Source: an uncultured Ectothiorhodospiraceae bacterium (GTDB lineage Bacteria > Pseudomonadota > Gammaproteobacteria > UBA9214). From it: a DNA stretch of 64,000 nt. The notes under the pieces are model-generated. The model made no database searches. It was not told the origin of the DNA and saw only the letters and a list, made by a program, of their open reading frames with translations. The DNA lies in the NCBI GenBank assembly GCA_947258615.1, contig CAMYIX010000043.1, positions 72,973 through 136,972 on the forward strand, in the 5' to 3' direction. How positions within the stretch are numbered: the first letter of the stretch is position 1; each line of letters opens with the position of its first letter. The position numbers and the translations under genes are program-made. Below, piece after piece: positions 39,167 to 49,879 of this stretch.

Positions 39167-41916
39167 CTAAAGCGACTGAATCCTTTGTTGCTGCTCTTCC
39201 AGGTTACTGATGGCATTTTTCAGATCGTTCGCGCGCAGCCTTTCCTTCTCCACTACCGCGACAGGAGCCTTGTCGATAAAACTGGCATTGTTGAGCTTCT
39301 TTTCGCAGCGTTCCAGTTCGCCGGTTTTCTTGTCCAGTTCCTTGCCCAGGCGAATGATTTCGGTGTCCTTGTCGATCAGTCCTGATAGCGGGATCAGCAG
39401 CTTCATGTTGCCCACCAGTGCGGTTGCCGATTCCGGGGCAAGCTGTTTTGGGTCCAGCCATTCCACCGACTCGACCCGCCCGACGCTGACCAGGTAGTGC
39501 CGGTTCTGGGCCAGCCGTGCCTGGTCAATCGCCGAGCCGTTTTGCAGCAGTACCGGCAAGGGTTTGCGCGGGTCGATATTCATCCCGCTGCGTATTTTGC
39601 GTACGCCGATGATGAAGTCCTTGACCCATTCGGTTTCGTCAATGGCAGCCTGGTCGATGCGCGTGATATCTGCATTCGGGTACGGCTGACGCATGATGGT
39701 GTCGCCTTCAATGCCGGCCAATGGTGCCATGCGTTGCCATATCTCTTCGGTAATGAAAGGTATGATCGGATGGGCAAGTCGCAGCAGGCCCTCCATTACA
39801 CCGACCAGCGTCTTTCGGGTACCGCGCTTTGCCGCTGCCGAACTGTTCGCATCCATCAGCACGGACTTCGATAGTTCCAGGTACCAGTCGCAGTATTCAT
39901 CCCAGGTGAATGAATAAATGGCCTGCGCCACAAGGTCGAAGCGGTAGCTGTCGGTGTATTCCACGACTTCCTGCGTGGTCTTCTGGAGCAGGGAGGTGAT
40001 CCAGCGGTCCGCCGCATTCAGTTCGATCTCTCCACCGCCCTGGCAGCAATCCTCGTTCTCGGTATTCAGCAAAACATAACGTGCGGCATTCCACAGCTTG
40101 TTGCAGAAGTTGCGGTAGCCTTCGATGCGGCCCAGGTCGAAATTGATATCGCGCCCGGTGGAAGCCAGCGCTGCGTACGTGAAACGCAGGGCGTCGGTCC
40201 CGAATGCCGGGACGCCATCCGGGAAGTCCTTGCGGGTGAGTTTTTCGATTCGGTCGGCCATTTTCGGCTGCATCAGACCACCACGGCGTTTTGCGATCAG
40301 CGACTCCAGGTCGATGCCGTCGATCAGGTCGATCGGGTCCAGTACATTGCCCTTGGATTTTGACATCTTCTGGCCGTGGGCGTCGCGCACCAGTCCATGG
40401 ATATAGACCTCGCGGAAGGGCACGTCGTTCATGAAGCGCAGGCCCATCATGATCATGCGCGCAACCCAGAAAAAGATTATGTCGAAGCCGGTGACCAGTA
40501 CGCTGGTTGGATAGAATGTCCTGACTGCCTCGGTGTCTTCCGGCCAGCCCAGGGTGCTGAACGGCCACAGGGCGGATGAGAACCAGGTGTCGAGGACGTC
40601 TTCATCCTGGCTGAGCGTGATGTCGGGTGCCAGCCCGTGCTTTTCACGCGCCTCGCGCTCACTGCGTCCGACATAGATATTGCCGTCGGTGTCATACCAG
40701 GCGGGTATGCGGTGTCCCCACCAGATCTGCCGTGATATACACCAGTCCTGGATGTTGCGCATCCACTCGAAATAGGTGTTCTTCCAGTTGTCCGGGATGA
40801 AGCGGATGCTGCCGTCCTCGACGGCCCGGATTGCGGGTTCCGCCAGTGGGCCGATCTTCACGAACCAGGTTCCACCACGGCGCCGGAGCGGTCGCCGCGC
40901 GGGACCATCAGCTTGTGCTCCTCGATCTTCTCCAGCAGGCCCTGTTCATCGAGGTCGGTCACGATCTGCTTGCGTGCCGCGTAGCGGTCCAGGTTCCGGT
41001 ATTTGGCGGGTGCGTTCTCGTTGATGCAGGCATCGATCGTGAACACGTTGATCATCGGCAACGCGTGACGCCTGCCAATCTCGTAGTCGTTGAAATCATG
41101 CGCCGGGGTGATCTTCACGCAGCCGGTACCGAATTCCGGGTCGACATAATCATCCGCGATAATGGGGATCTCCCGATCGGCAAGCGGTAGCCTGACCGTC
41201 TTGCCCACCAGGTCTCTGTAACGTTCGTCCTCGGGGTGCACGGCCACGGCCGTATCGCCGAGCATGGTCTCCGGGCGTGTAGTTGCAACGACCAGGTGAC
41301 CGGAGCCGTCGGCCAACGGATAGCGCATGTGCCAGAAGTGGCCGGCTTCTTCCCCGGAGATCACCTCGAGGTCGGACACCGCGGTATGCAGTACCGGGTC
41401 CCAGTTCACCAGACGCTTGCCGCGGTAGATCAGGCCGTCTTCGTAGAGTCGCACGAAGGTTTCCCTGACGGCCTTGGACAGGCCCTTGTCCATGGTGAAG
41501 CGCTCGCGGCTCCAGTCCACCGAACTGCCCATGCGCCGCAGCTGTCGGGTGATGGTGCCACCGGACTCGTGCTTCCATTCCCAGATGCGTTCAATGAAGG
41601 CTTCGCGCCCGAGGTCATGGCGGGTCTTGTCGTCGCTGTTGAGCTGCCGTTCCACTACCATCTGGGTCGCAATGCCCGCATGGTCGGTGCCTGGCTGCCA
41701 CAGGGTGTTGTCACCGCGCATGCGGTGGTAGCGGGTGAGGGCGTCCATCAGGGTGTGCTGAAAGGCGTGCCCCATATGCAGACTGCCGGTCACGTTGGGC
41801 GGTGGGATCATGATGCAGTAGGGGGCACCCTCGCCGGAAGGCGCAAAATGGCCCTCCCGCTCCCATGTCTCGTACCAGCGTTGCTCTATCGCATGCGGGT
41901 TGTAGGTTTTTTCCAT
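39167..41916 (-). pseudogene. valS: valine--tRNA ligase (ValS) with a ~16-nt out-of-frame internal deletion near 40858-40862
   Basis: N-terminal fragment (to 40858) has [13 protein letters not shown] (HIGH) and ends ...[13 protein letters not shown]. The C-terminal fragment (39167-40861) continues [17 protein letters not shown]...[17 protein letters not shown]...KMSKS in another frame. The conserved MLTDQ segment between them is missing. Confidence 0.8.
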
Positions 41917-42005
41917 GAGCGGTTCTTGTTGCGTGAAAAACATGCCCGACCCACGGCCGGGGCAGGAATTATAACTTAGCTGGCGGGATAATTCGGGGGT
42001 GGTGG

Positions 42006-42395
42006 TCAGTTTTCGCCGCCACCTTTCGTCTGCAGGACATGGGTGAACAGGTCGGGGAGTGCATTCTCCAGCTGCTTGCTTATCGCCAGGTAGATATTGT
42101 CGCCACTGACATTCAGGGCCTGGGTGATGGCCTCCTCGATCGCAGGCCTGATCGCCGCTTCCACATCCTGGCGGTTATTGACCGTTATCCTGGCGGCGAT
42201 TTCGTCGATCTTCTGACGGACCGCCTCCGAGTCCAGCAGCGCCGCTGCCAGTTCGGGTGACGATGTGGCCTGGAAGTGGTCTGTCGTCCGCCTCGCCATG
42301 CCGCTGCCATCAGGGTTGATGATGTTGGTCAGGACCGGAATGCCGTCTTCGTCGAGCGGCAGCCCGCCATCATTCATAGTGCCAGAAGCCATCAT
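42006..42395 (-). CDS. hypothetical protein (conserved position between valS and holC)
   Basis: 129-aa ORF with a balanced composition; no recognisable motif. Confidence 0.35.
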   Translation of the reverse strand: MMASGTMNDGGLPLDEDGIPVLTNIINPDGSGMARRTTDHFQATSSPELAAALLDSEAVRQKIDEIAARITVNNRQDVEAAIRPAIEEAITQALNVSGDNIYLAISKQLENALPDLFTHVLQTKGGGEN

Positions 42396-42397
42396 GC

Positions 42398-42829
42398 CTA
42401 GGTCTTGAGGCTGTGCGTTTTGAGTGTGTAGCCACGGTCCTTGTAGAAACGATATCGCTCCCGCGCCGCAGCGCGTTGCGTCTCGTCGCCATCAACCAGT
42501 TCGGCCATACGATTGAAGCGGCTGAAAAAGGATGGTACTTCCTGGGCCAGATTGACCAGTACATCATTACACTCCTGCGGCTCGGTCGCGTGACCGAGCA
42601 GGACGGGCGGCCTCTCTGGCCCGGCCTGGTCATAGATGGCATGCGGCAGGAAGCTCCCGTCGCGGAATGACCAGAGCAGGTCATCGAGCTGGCGAAGCTG
42701 CGCTGTCGACCCTGTATTGATATAGACCTGGTGCCCGCGCGCGACGGCCTTTTCCACCAGCCGGCAGGCGAACAGGGGGCGCGCCGGCGTGCCGCCTCCC
42801 TCGATGATATAAAAATCAACGCGTGTCAT
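42398..42829 (-). CDS. holC: DNA polymerase III subunit chi
   Basis: MTRVDFYIIEGGG...ACRLVEKA N-terminus typical of HolC; pepA-holC-valS synteny. Confidence 0.7.
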   Translation of the reverse strand: MTRVDFYIIEGGGTPARPLFACRLVEKAVARGHQVYINTGSTAQLRQLDDLLWSFRDGSFLPHAIYDQAGPERPPVLLGHATEPQECNDVLVNLAQEVPSFFSRFNRMAELVDGDETQRAAARERYRFYKDRGYTLKTHSLKT

Positions 42830-42839
42830 TGGCCTTGTC

Positions 42840-44336
42840 TCAGCAGTCGTTGGCACAGCGGTCCAGCAGGAATTGTGTCAGCAGCGCAACCGGTCGGCCG
42901 GTTGCGCCTTTTTCCTTGCCCTGTTTCCAGGCCACACCGGCAATATCCAGGTGTGCCCAGCGGTAGTCCTTCGCGAAGCGTGACAGGAAGCAGGCCGCGG
43001 TAATGGTGCCGGCCTCGCGGCCGCCGATGTTGGCCATGTCGGCAAAATTACTGTCCAGCTGTTGCTGATATTCCTCCCACAGGGGCAAATGCCATGCGCG
43101 GTCGGCGGCCATTGTGCCGGCGCTCAGCAATTCTTCTGCCAGTTCATCGTCATTGCTCAGCAGGCCGGCGGCATGACTGCCCAGGGCAATAACGCAGGCG
43201 CCGGTCAGGGTGGCAATATCCACCACCACCTCGGGATCGTACTTTTCCGAGTAACTCAGTGCGTCGCACAGGATCAGGCGGCCTTCGGCGTCGGTATTCA
43301 GTACCTCTACGGTCTGTCCGGACAGGCTGGTGACGATATCGCCCGGTTTGCTGGCATTGCCGCCTGGCAGGTTCTCGGTCGCCGGAATGACCCCTACCAC
43401 GTTGAGTGGCAGTTCCATCTCCGCGCATGCCTTCAGGGTGCCCAGGACACTGGCCGCACCGCACATGTCGTACTTCATTTCGTCCATGGCGGGGGATGGC
43501 TTGATGGAGATGCCGCCGGAATCGAAGGTGACGCCCTTGCCAACCAGCACCACGGGCTTCGCGTCATTGCTGCCGCCACGATAGTTCAGGGTAATCAGCT
43601 TGGCTGGTTCCTCACTGCCGCGTGCGACCGAGAGCAGGGCGCCCATGCCCAGTTTCTTCATGGCGGCCTCGTCCAGTACGCTCACCTCGATCCGCTCGTG
43701 CCCGGCCCCGAGCGTGCCTGCCTGCTCTGCCAGGTATGTCGGGGTGCAGATATTCCCCGGCAGGTCACCGAGTGTGCGTGCCAGCTGGACGCCGGCGGCA
43801 ATGGCCTGGCCATGGTCCAGTGCCTTGTGTGCCATTTCGGTATCGCTGCTGTCGACATTGACCGCGAGCCGGCGCAGTGGCCGACTGATCTTGACCTTCT
43901 TGCTTTTCAATTCATCCGGCCTGTACAGGGCCGCGATGCTTACCTCCGCAAGTTGCCGGACCTTCCAGTAGGTATCGCGTCCCTTGGGCTCGAGTCCGGG
44001 CAGGTAACTCACGGCATCACTGGCACCGGAGCGGTTCGCGGCGTCGGCGGCACTGGCTACAGCGTCACGATAGCGGCTATCGTTGAAATCGTTTTTCTTT
44101 CCGCAGCCGACCAGCAGTACACGTTCGCACCTGGCCCCGCGCGGGTGGTGTACGAGCAGTGTCTGTCCGCACTTGCCGTCCATGTCACCGCCTTTGAGCA
44201 GGCCCGTCAACAGGCCGCGCGTGGTCTTGTCGAACTGGCTGGCCGCTTCCGACAGCTTGCGCCTTTCATAGACACCCAGGACGACACACCCGGTCTTGAC
44301 TGCAGCCGGTTTCTCGCTCTTGACGGTAAATTTCAT
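42840..44336 (-). CDS. pepA: leucyl aminopeptidase (M17)
   Basis: NTDAEGRL signature, VGKGVTFDSGG, and a metal-binding Lys/Asp/Glu pattern; 498 aa. Confidence 0.9.
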   Translation of the reverse strand: MKFTVKSEKPAAVKTGCVVLGVYERRKLSEAASQFDKTTRGLLTGLLKGGDMDGKCGQTLLVHHPRGARCERVLLVGCGKKNDFNDSRYRDAVASAADAANRSGASDAVSYLPGLEPKGRDTYWKVRQLAEVSIAALYRPDELKSKKVKISRPLRRLAVNVDSSDTEMAHKALDHGQAIAAGVQLARTLGDLPGNICTPTYLAEQAGTLGAGHERIEVSVLDEAAMKKLGMGALLSVARGSEEPAKLITLNYRGGSNDAKPVVLVGKGVTFDSGGISIKPSPAMDEMKYDMCGAASVLGTLKACAEMELPLNVVGVIPATENLPGGNASKPGDIVTSLSGQTVEVLNTDAEGRLILCDALSYSEKYDPEVVVDIATLTGACVIALGSHAAGLLSNDDELAEELLSAGTMAADRAWHLPLWEEYQQQLDSNFADMANIGGREAGTITAACFLSRFAKDYRWAHLDIAGVAWKQGKEKGATGRPVALLTQFLLDRCANDC

Positions 44337-44477
44337 GCAGTGCTCCTGTTTGCCGGTTTATGGTGATTGCAGATCGCGATCCGTGGGTATACGGTAACCG
44401 CATTCATACGGTTGTCACATCTGCGGAGAGTGTACTGGATGCCGGCATGATTTTCATGCCGCAGCCCGGGCCGGCCC

Positions 44478-45575
44478 ATGTTAAGAATCCTCGATAGATA
44501 CCTGCTTTGGGAAGTGCTGCGCGGCTGGCTGGCCATTACCCTGATCCTGTGGCTGATCCTGGCCAGCAACCGGCTGGTGCGCTACCTGGCACAGGCCGCG
44601 GCCGGGGAGCTTCCGGGTGATGTGGTTTTTGTCCTGCTCGGGGTCAAAACGGCGTGGTTCCTGGTCTATGTTATGCCATTTTCGCTGGCCCTGGGCGTGG
44701 TGATGGCACTGGGCAGGATGTACCGGGACAATGAAATGGCGGTGCTGTCCGCCTGCGCCGTCGGGCCATGGCGCATCTACAAGCCCCTGCTGGCCATGGG
44801 TGTCGTCATCGCCCTGCTGCTGCTATGGATGGCGCTGTATGTCAGCCCCGGGATCGCGGCCTACGGCGCCCGGCTGGAGAGGCTGGCACAGGAGGAAGCA
44901 GATGTGTCGGTGCTGGGGGCCGGGCGTTTCAACGAGATACGCGGTGGCGCACTGACCTTCTATGCCGAGCGCCTGTCTGACGACAAGAAAGACATGCAAA
45001 ACCTGTTCGTCTATATCAGGGAGGATCGCAAGAAAGGCAGGGCACCGCAGGTCATGGTGGCCGAGAGTGCACACCGGATGATGAATGAGACCGGAGACGA
45101 ATACATGGTGTTCGTCGACGGGCATCGCTACGAGGGCCGGCCGGGGGATGCCGACTACCGGATCATGCAGTTTGAGCGGCAGGGTGTACGCATCGAACTC
45201 CCCGGCAAGAAGGAAACGGCGCCAAAGCTGGACGCCGTGCCGACGGCAGAGCTGCTGGCCTCGAATGAACGCAGGGACAAGGTCGAGTTGCAGTGGCGCC
45301 TGTCTGTCCCGGTGTCGGTGCTGGTGCTGGTGTTGTTGTCTGTGCCCCTGAGCCGGATATCCCCGCGCAAGGGGCGGTTCGGTGGCCTGGCCATGGCCTT
45401 CCTGGTGTTTGTCGTCTACTACAACCTGCTGGGGACGGCCAAGGTGTGGGTTGAGCAGGGCGCTATCCCCCCCTCGATAGGTCTCTGGTGGGTGCACCTG
45501 CTGCCGGCCTTGCTGGCCTTTGCCCTGCTGGTGAACACCAACAAACTGGTCTGCCGGGTCCGCCGCCGGAAATGA
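44478..45575 (+). CDS. lptF: LPS export ABC permease LptF
   Basis: MLRILDRYLLWEV N-terminus, 6 TM helices, periplasmic beta-jellyroll. The stop overlaps the lptG start (ATGA). Confidence 0.85.
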   Translation: MLRILDRYLLWEVLRGWLAITLILWLILASNRLVRYLAQAAAGELPGDVVFVLLGVKTAWFLVYVMPFSLALGVVMALGRMYRDNEMAVLSACAVGPWRIYKPLLAMGVVIALLLLWMALYVSPGIAAYGARLERLAQEEADVSVLGAGRFNEIRGGALTFYAERLSDDKKDMQNLFVYIREDRKKGRAPQVMVAESAHRMMNETGDEYMVFVDGHRYEGRPGDADYRIMQFERQGVRIELPGKKETAPKLDAVPTAELLASNERRDKVELQWRLSVPVSVLVLVLLSVPLSRISPRKGRFGGLAMAFLVFVVYYNLLGTAKVWVEQGAIPPSIGLWWVHLLPALLAFALLVNTNKLVCRVRRRK

Positions 45576-46633
45576 AGATCCTCGACCGCTACATTGCCGG
45601 CGTGGTGGCCGCTGCAACCGGCCTGGCATTGCTGGTGATCGTCGGTCTCGACCTGTTTTTCTCCATCATCAACCAGATCGATGAGGTCGGCAAGGGCGAC
45701 TACGGGGTCGGCAAGATGCTGCAGTATGTCGCGCTCGGTCTGCCGCGCACCGTGTATGAGTTTTTCCCAACCGCTGCCTTGCTGGGCGGCCTGACCGGCA
45801 TGGGCATGCTCGCGGCCAACAGTGAGCTGATCGCGATGCGGGCGGGCGGAATGTCGGTCTGGCGTATCGTGCGCTCAATGCTTCAGGTGGGCCTGGTGAT
45901 GCTGGTTCTCGTCGTGGCTCTGGGGGAAGGGGTTGCGCCCGTGGCCGACCAGCTGGGGCAGCGATTGCGTGCCATCGCCCTGGAGAAGCGCATCAGTTTT
46001 ATCGGCGGGCATGGCCTCTGGGTGCGCGACGAATCACGCTACATCTTCGTCAAGAGGATCATCGACAACAACCAGCTGGCGGACCTGGCCGTTTTCGAAT
46101 TCGACGACCAGCGGGAACTGCTCGCGGCCACGCACGCCACCAATGCCGGCTACCACTCCGGGGAATGGACGCTGAGCGGCGTCCGCCAGACCCTGTTCGA
46201 GCAGGACCGTGTAGTGCCGCGCCGCCAGGCCACGATGACCTGGCCATCGCTACTGACACCCGAGTTGATCGACATCGTGGCACTGAAACCGGAGCATATG
46301 GCGGTCAGCGATATCCGCCAGTTCGTTGCCTACCTGGAGGGTAACGGGCTCGATACCGAGCAGTATCGTTATGCCTTCTGGTGGCGCTTTATCACGCCAC
46401 TCTCGGCGCTGGTGATGCTGTTCATTTCCGTGCCCTTCGTGTTCGGTTCATTGCGATCGGTGGGCAGCGGTCAGCGTATCTTCATAGGGACCCTCGCCGG
46501 GTTCGGGTTTTACCTCGCCAGCCAGGTGGCTGGACAGATGGGGCAGGTCTACGGGTTGAACCCGTTGATGGTCACGCTGGCACCCAGCCTGCTGGTGCTG
46601 ATACTGGGTTTCCGGGCAATCAGGCGCATCTAG
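45572..46633 (+). CDS. lptG: LPS export ABC permease LptG
   Basis: MKILDRYIAGVV N-terminus and YjgP/YjgQ family topology. Confidence 0.85.
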   Translation: MKILDRYIAGVVAAATGLALLVIVGLDLFFSIINQIDEVGKGDYGVGKMLQYVALGLPRTVYEFFPTAALLGGLTGMGMLAANSELIAMRAGGMSVWRIVRSMLQVGLVMLVLVVALGEGVAPVADQLGQRLRAIALEKRISFIGGHGLWVRDESRYIFVKRIIDNNQLADLAVFEFDDQRELLAATHATNAGYHSGEWTLSGVRQTLFEQDRVVPRRQATMTWPSLLTPELIDIVALKPEHMAVSDIRQFVAYLEGNGLDTEQYRYAFWWRFITPLSALVMLFISVPFVFGSLRSVGSGQRIFIGTLAGFGFYLASQVAGQMGQVYGLNPLMVTLAPSLLVLILGFRAIRRI

Positions 46634-46738
46634 CCCATGCGCAAAATAGGGACATGCCGCTTTCCCCACGGTTACAAAATTTACCTTGATACAAAAGCAG
46701 CATGTCCCCTTTTGTCGGGAATTGTGGTGTACAGCGGA

Positions 46739-47173
46739 TTACTTCGGCAGACGCACGATCACCGATTCCGAGAACCGGTCATGCAGGGCCAGCCTGTCCT
46801 TGTCCACCAGGATCCACAGGTAGCCCAATCCCAGCAAGGCCCAGGCAGGTATGGCGGCCAGGAAGCGCAGTAGTGCCTGCCACAGGTTAATGGGACTGCC
46901 GTCGAAGCGCTGCACGCGCAGGTGCCAGGCGCGCATGCCCAGCGTCTGCCCGCCGTGCGTCCAGAACCAGGCGTAGAACAGGAAGCAGACCAGGAACAGA
47001 TAGGTCCGGAAGAACGGGCTGTGGTAGTCCAGGCCACCTTTGGTGGCCAGCAATGCGGCGGCCGTGGCAAACAGCAATACCGAGAACAGCAGCAAGCTAT
47101 CGTAGAACATGGCCGCCAGGCGCCGTAGCAGGCCTGAAGTTGGGTAGGCTGGGGTGTCTTGCGTTGTACTCAC
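46739..47173 (-). CDS. RDD family membrane protein
   Basis: LLRRLAAMFYDSLLLFSVLL RDD motif region and 3 TM helices. The listed ORF extends over the tRNA gene, so the start is set at an in-frame GTG (47171-47173) downstream of the tRNA. Confidence 0.55.
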   Translation of the reverse strand: MSTTQDTPAYPTSGLLRRLAAMFYDSLLLFSVLLFATAAALLATKGGLDYHSPFFRTYLFLVCFLFYAWFWTHGGQTLGMRAWHLRVQRFDGSPINLWQALLRFLAAIPAWALLGLGYLWILVDKDRLALHDRFSESVIVRLPK

Positions 47174-47253
47174 GGTGAATTCGTGGTTTTGGCCGGGGTG
47201 CCTGCGCAGCTTTCGCCGTTTATTGTTACGGAATTTGCACGCGTACGGGAAAA

Positions 47254-47328
47254 TGGCGCTCCCTAGGGGACTCGAACCCCTGTTACCGGCGTGAGAGGCC
47301 AGTGTCCTAACCACTAGACGAAGGGAGC
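47254..47328 (-). tRNA. tRNA-Glu, anticodon read as CUC
   Basis: Minus strand GCTCCCTTCGTCTAGTGGTTAGGACACTGGCCTCTCACGCCGGTAACAGGGGTTCGAGTCCCCTAGGGAGCGCCA folds as a cloverleaf nearly identical to canonical bacterial tRNA-Glu (D-arm UCGUCUAG, T-arm GGGGUUCGAGUCCCCU, encoded CCA). The anticodon loop CU-CUC-AC gives CUC rather than the usual UUC. Confidence 0.8.
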
Positions 47329-47405
47329 GGCAACAGGCAAAGCGCCCATGTACCGGAAAGCGGTGGTATTATACGCACAACCCCGACATCCACAAGCAAG
47401 GCTCT

Positions 47406-48737
47406 GTGAGCCACACTGGAAGTACAATTAATCCCATCGAACCCGCCGTCATACCCCGTCCCCAGCACCCGATCAGCCGGGCCAATATCAGTCCCAACGC
47501 CCTCAAGGTGTTGTACCGTCTGAAGGATGCCGGCTACCAGGGGCACCTGGTAGGCGGCGGCGTGCGTGACCTTCTGCTCGGCCGTGAGCCCAAGGATTTC
47601 GACATCGCCACCGATGCCCACCCCGAGGATGTGCGCCGCCTGTTCCGCAACTGCCGTCTCATCGGCCGGCGTTTCCGCCTGGCGCATGTGCTCTTCGGAC
47701 GCGAGGTCATAGAGGTGGCCACCTTCCGTGCCCTGCAGGAGGAGGCGCAGGACAACAATCAGGCGCGACACGTCGACGAGGAAGGCCGCATTGTGCGTGA
47801 TAACGTCTACGGTACCCTTGCCGAAGACGCCTTTCGTCGTGATTTCACCGTCAACGCCCTCTACTACAATATCAAGGATTTTTCGGTCATCGACTACGTG
47901 GGTGGCATGGACGACCTCAATGCCGGTGTGCTGCGCCTGATCGGTGACCCCGACACCCGTTATCGGGAAGACCCGGTGCGGATGCTGCGCGCCGTGCGTT
48001 TCGCCACCAAGCTGGGTTTTCGCCTGCACCCGGAAACGGAGCGCCCGGTCAATGAACTGGCGCCCTTGCTGGGTGATATCCCGCCGGCCCGCCTGTTCGA
48101 CGAGATGCTCAAGCTGTTCATGGGTGGCTATGCGCTTGCCAACTTCGAGGCTCTGCGCCACTACCAGCTGTTCGCGCCGCTGTTCCCGCTGACCGAACAG
48201 GCGCTGACCCATGAAGAGGAACACTTCCCGTTGACACTGATCAGCCATGGCATGGAGAACACCGACAGGCGTGTCGAGCAGGGGAAGCCGGTCACGCCGG
48301 CCTTCCTGTTTGCGGTCTTCCTGTGGCAGCCGCTACGCGAGCGCGCCCGGCAGCTGGAGACCGAGGGCCTGCACCCGGCCCAGGCCATGCAGCACGCCAG
48401 TTCGCAGATTATCTCGGAGCAGGCGGCTGTGATGGCCGTGCCGCGGCGCTACTCGCTGCCCATGCGCGAAATCTGGATGTTACAGCTGCGCCTGGAGCGC
48501 AAGGGAGGACGCCGTAGCCTGCGGGTGCTGACCCATCCGCGTTTCCGGGCGGCCTATGATTTTCTGTTGCTGCGCGGCGAGGCCGGAGAAGTGCCCGTCG
48601 AACTGGGTCAGTGGTGGACTGATTTCCAGGAACAGCACCCGGAAGAACGCGAACAGGAGATAAGCAGGCAGCGCCCGCGCAAAGGTCGCCGCCGTGGAGG
48701 GCGCTCGCGCGCCAGAAAAAGCGGAGCAGCGATATGA
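47406..48737 (+). CDS. pcnB: poly(A) polymerase I
   Basis: GGGVRDLLLGREPKDFDIAT nucleotidyltransferase motif and RLIGRRFRLAHV. GTG start; the stop overlaps the folK start. Confidence 0.85.
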   Translation: MSHTGSTINPIEPAVIPRPQHPISRANISPNALKVLYRLKDAGYQGHLVGGGVRDLLLGREPKDFDIATDAHPEDVRRLFRNCRLIGRRFRLAHVLFGREVIEVATFRALQEEAQDNNQARHVDEEGRIVRDNVYGTLAEDAFRRDFTVNALYYNIKDFSVIDYVGGMDDLNAGVLRLIGDPDTRYREDPVRMLRAVRFATKLGFRLHPETERPVNELAPLLGDIPPARLFDEMLKLFMGGYALANFEALRHYQLFAPLFPLTEQALTHEEEHFPLTLISHGMENTDRRVEQGKPVTPAFLFAVFLWQPLRERARQLETEGLHPAQAMQHASSQIISEQAAVMAVPRRYSLPMREIWMLQLRLERKGGRRSLRVLTHPRFRAAYDFLLLRGEAGEVPVELGQWWTDFQEQHPEEREQEISRQRPRKGRRRGGRSRARKSGAAI

Positions 48738-49228
48738 GACTAATTGCCTATGTGGGTATCGGCAGTAACCTGGATGACCCGGTGGCGCAGGTCCAGGAGG
48801 CGTTCGAGGAGCTGGAGACCATTCCGGATTCCGTTCTGGTGGCCCGCTCCAGCCTCTACAGCAGCAAGCCCATGGGCCCGGTCGACCAGCCCGATTACGT
48901 CAATGCCGTGGCCGCGATCGATACGCTGCTATCGCCGGAAGAATTGCTCGCCGCATTGCGCAGCATAGAGGACCGCCAGGGGCGCGAGCGAGGCGGTGAG
49001 AAGTGGGGTCCGCGGATACTGGACCTGGATCTGCTGCTGTACGGCAAGAAAAAGATCAAGACGGCGGACCTGACTGTGCCGCATCCCGGTTTGCATGAGC
49101 GCGACTTCGTGATCATCCCGCTGGCGGAGATCGCCGGAAACCTCAACATCCCCGGGCGTGGTTCACTGCAGAGCCTGATCAAGCTGTGTGAAAACCACTC
49201 ATTGAAGAAGTTGATCACCGGTAAATGA
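48734..49228 (+). CDS. folK: 2-amino-4-hydroxy-6-hydroxymethyldihydropteridine diphosphokinase
   Basis: AYVGIGSNLDDP...RWGPRILDLDLL HPPK motifs; 164 aa. Confidence 0.9.
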   Translation: MRLIAYVGIGSNLDDPVAQVQEAFEELETIPDSVLVARSSLYSSKPMGPVDQPDYVNAVAAIDTLLSPEELLAALRSIEDRQGRERGGEKWGPRILDLDLLLYGKKKIKTADLTVPHPGLHERDFVIIPLAEIAGNLNIPGRGSLQSLIKLCENHSLKKLITGK

Positions 49229-49875
49229 GCCTCGAGCATCCCGCCTACATCGTCATCGAAGGACCGATCGGGGTCGGCAAGACCAGCCTGGCGCGTCGCC
49301 TGGCGCAGACCTTCGAGAGCGACCTGCTGCTGGAGGGCGCCGAAGAGAATCCCTTTCTGGAGCGTTTCTACCAGGACCCGCGTTCCGGCGCATTGCCGGC
49401 GCAGCTGTTCTTCCTGTTCCAGCGGGCACGCCAGTTGCAGGCCATGCGCCAGGCCGACATGTTCCAGCCCGTACGGGTGGCGGACTTTCTGATGGAAAAG
49501 GACCGCCTGTTTGCGGAACTGACCCTGGATGCAGACGAGCTCAAGCTCTATGACCAGATTCATAAGCACCTGGCAGTGGAACCGCCGGTACCCGATCTGG
49601 TGATCTACCTGCAGGCGCCCGAGGAGGTGCTGCTGAAACGCATTGCCAGGCGCGGCAAGCAGTATGAACGCAGGATCGACGCGCGTTTCCTGCGGCGCCT
49701 GACCGATGCCTACACCCGACTGTTCCATTTCTACGACCGGGCGCCGCTGCTGATCGTGAACGCGGCCAACATCGACCTGGTCGACAATGACCATGATTAC
49801 CAGGCCCTGCTGGAGCGGATCAGGGCCACCACCAGTGGCCGGCAGTACTTCAACCCCATGTCGGCGAGCATCTAG
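49225..49875 (+). CDS. deoxynucleoside kinase family protein
   Basis: P-loop IVIEGPIGVGKTSLARRLA, ERF/DR motifs and dNK-family length (216 aa). Confidence 0.75.
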   Translation: MSLEHPAYIVIEGPIGVGKTSLARRLAQTFESDLLLEGAEENPFLERFYQDPRSGALPAQLFFLFQRARQLQAMRQADMFQPVRVADFLMEKDRLFAELTLDADELKLYDQIHKHLAVEPPVPDLVIYLQAPEEVLLKRIARRGKQYERRIDARFLRRLTDAYTRLFHFYDRAPLLIVNAANIDLVDNDHDYQALLERIRATTSGRQYFNPMSASI

Positions 49876-49879
49876 CGAA

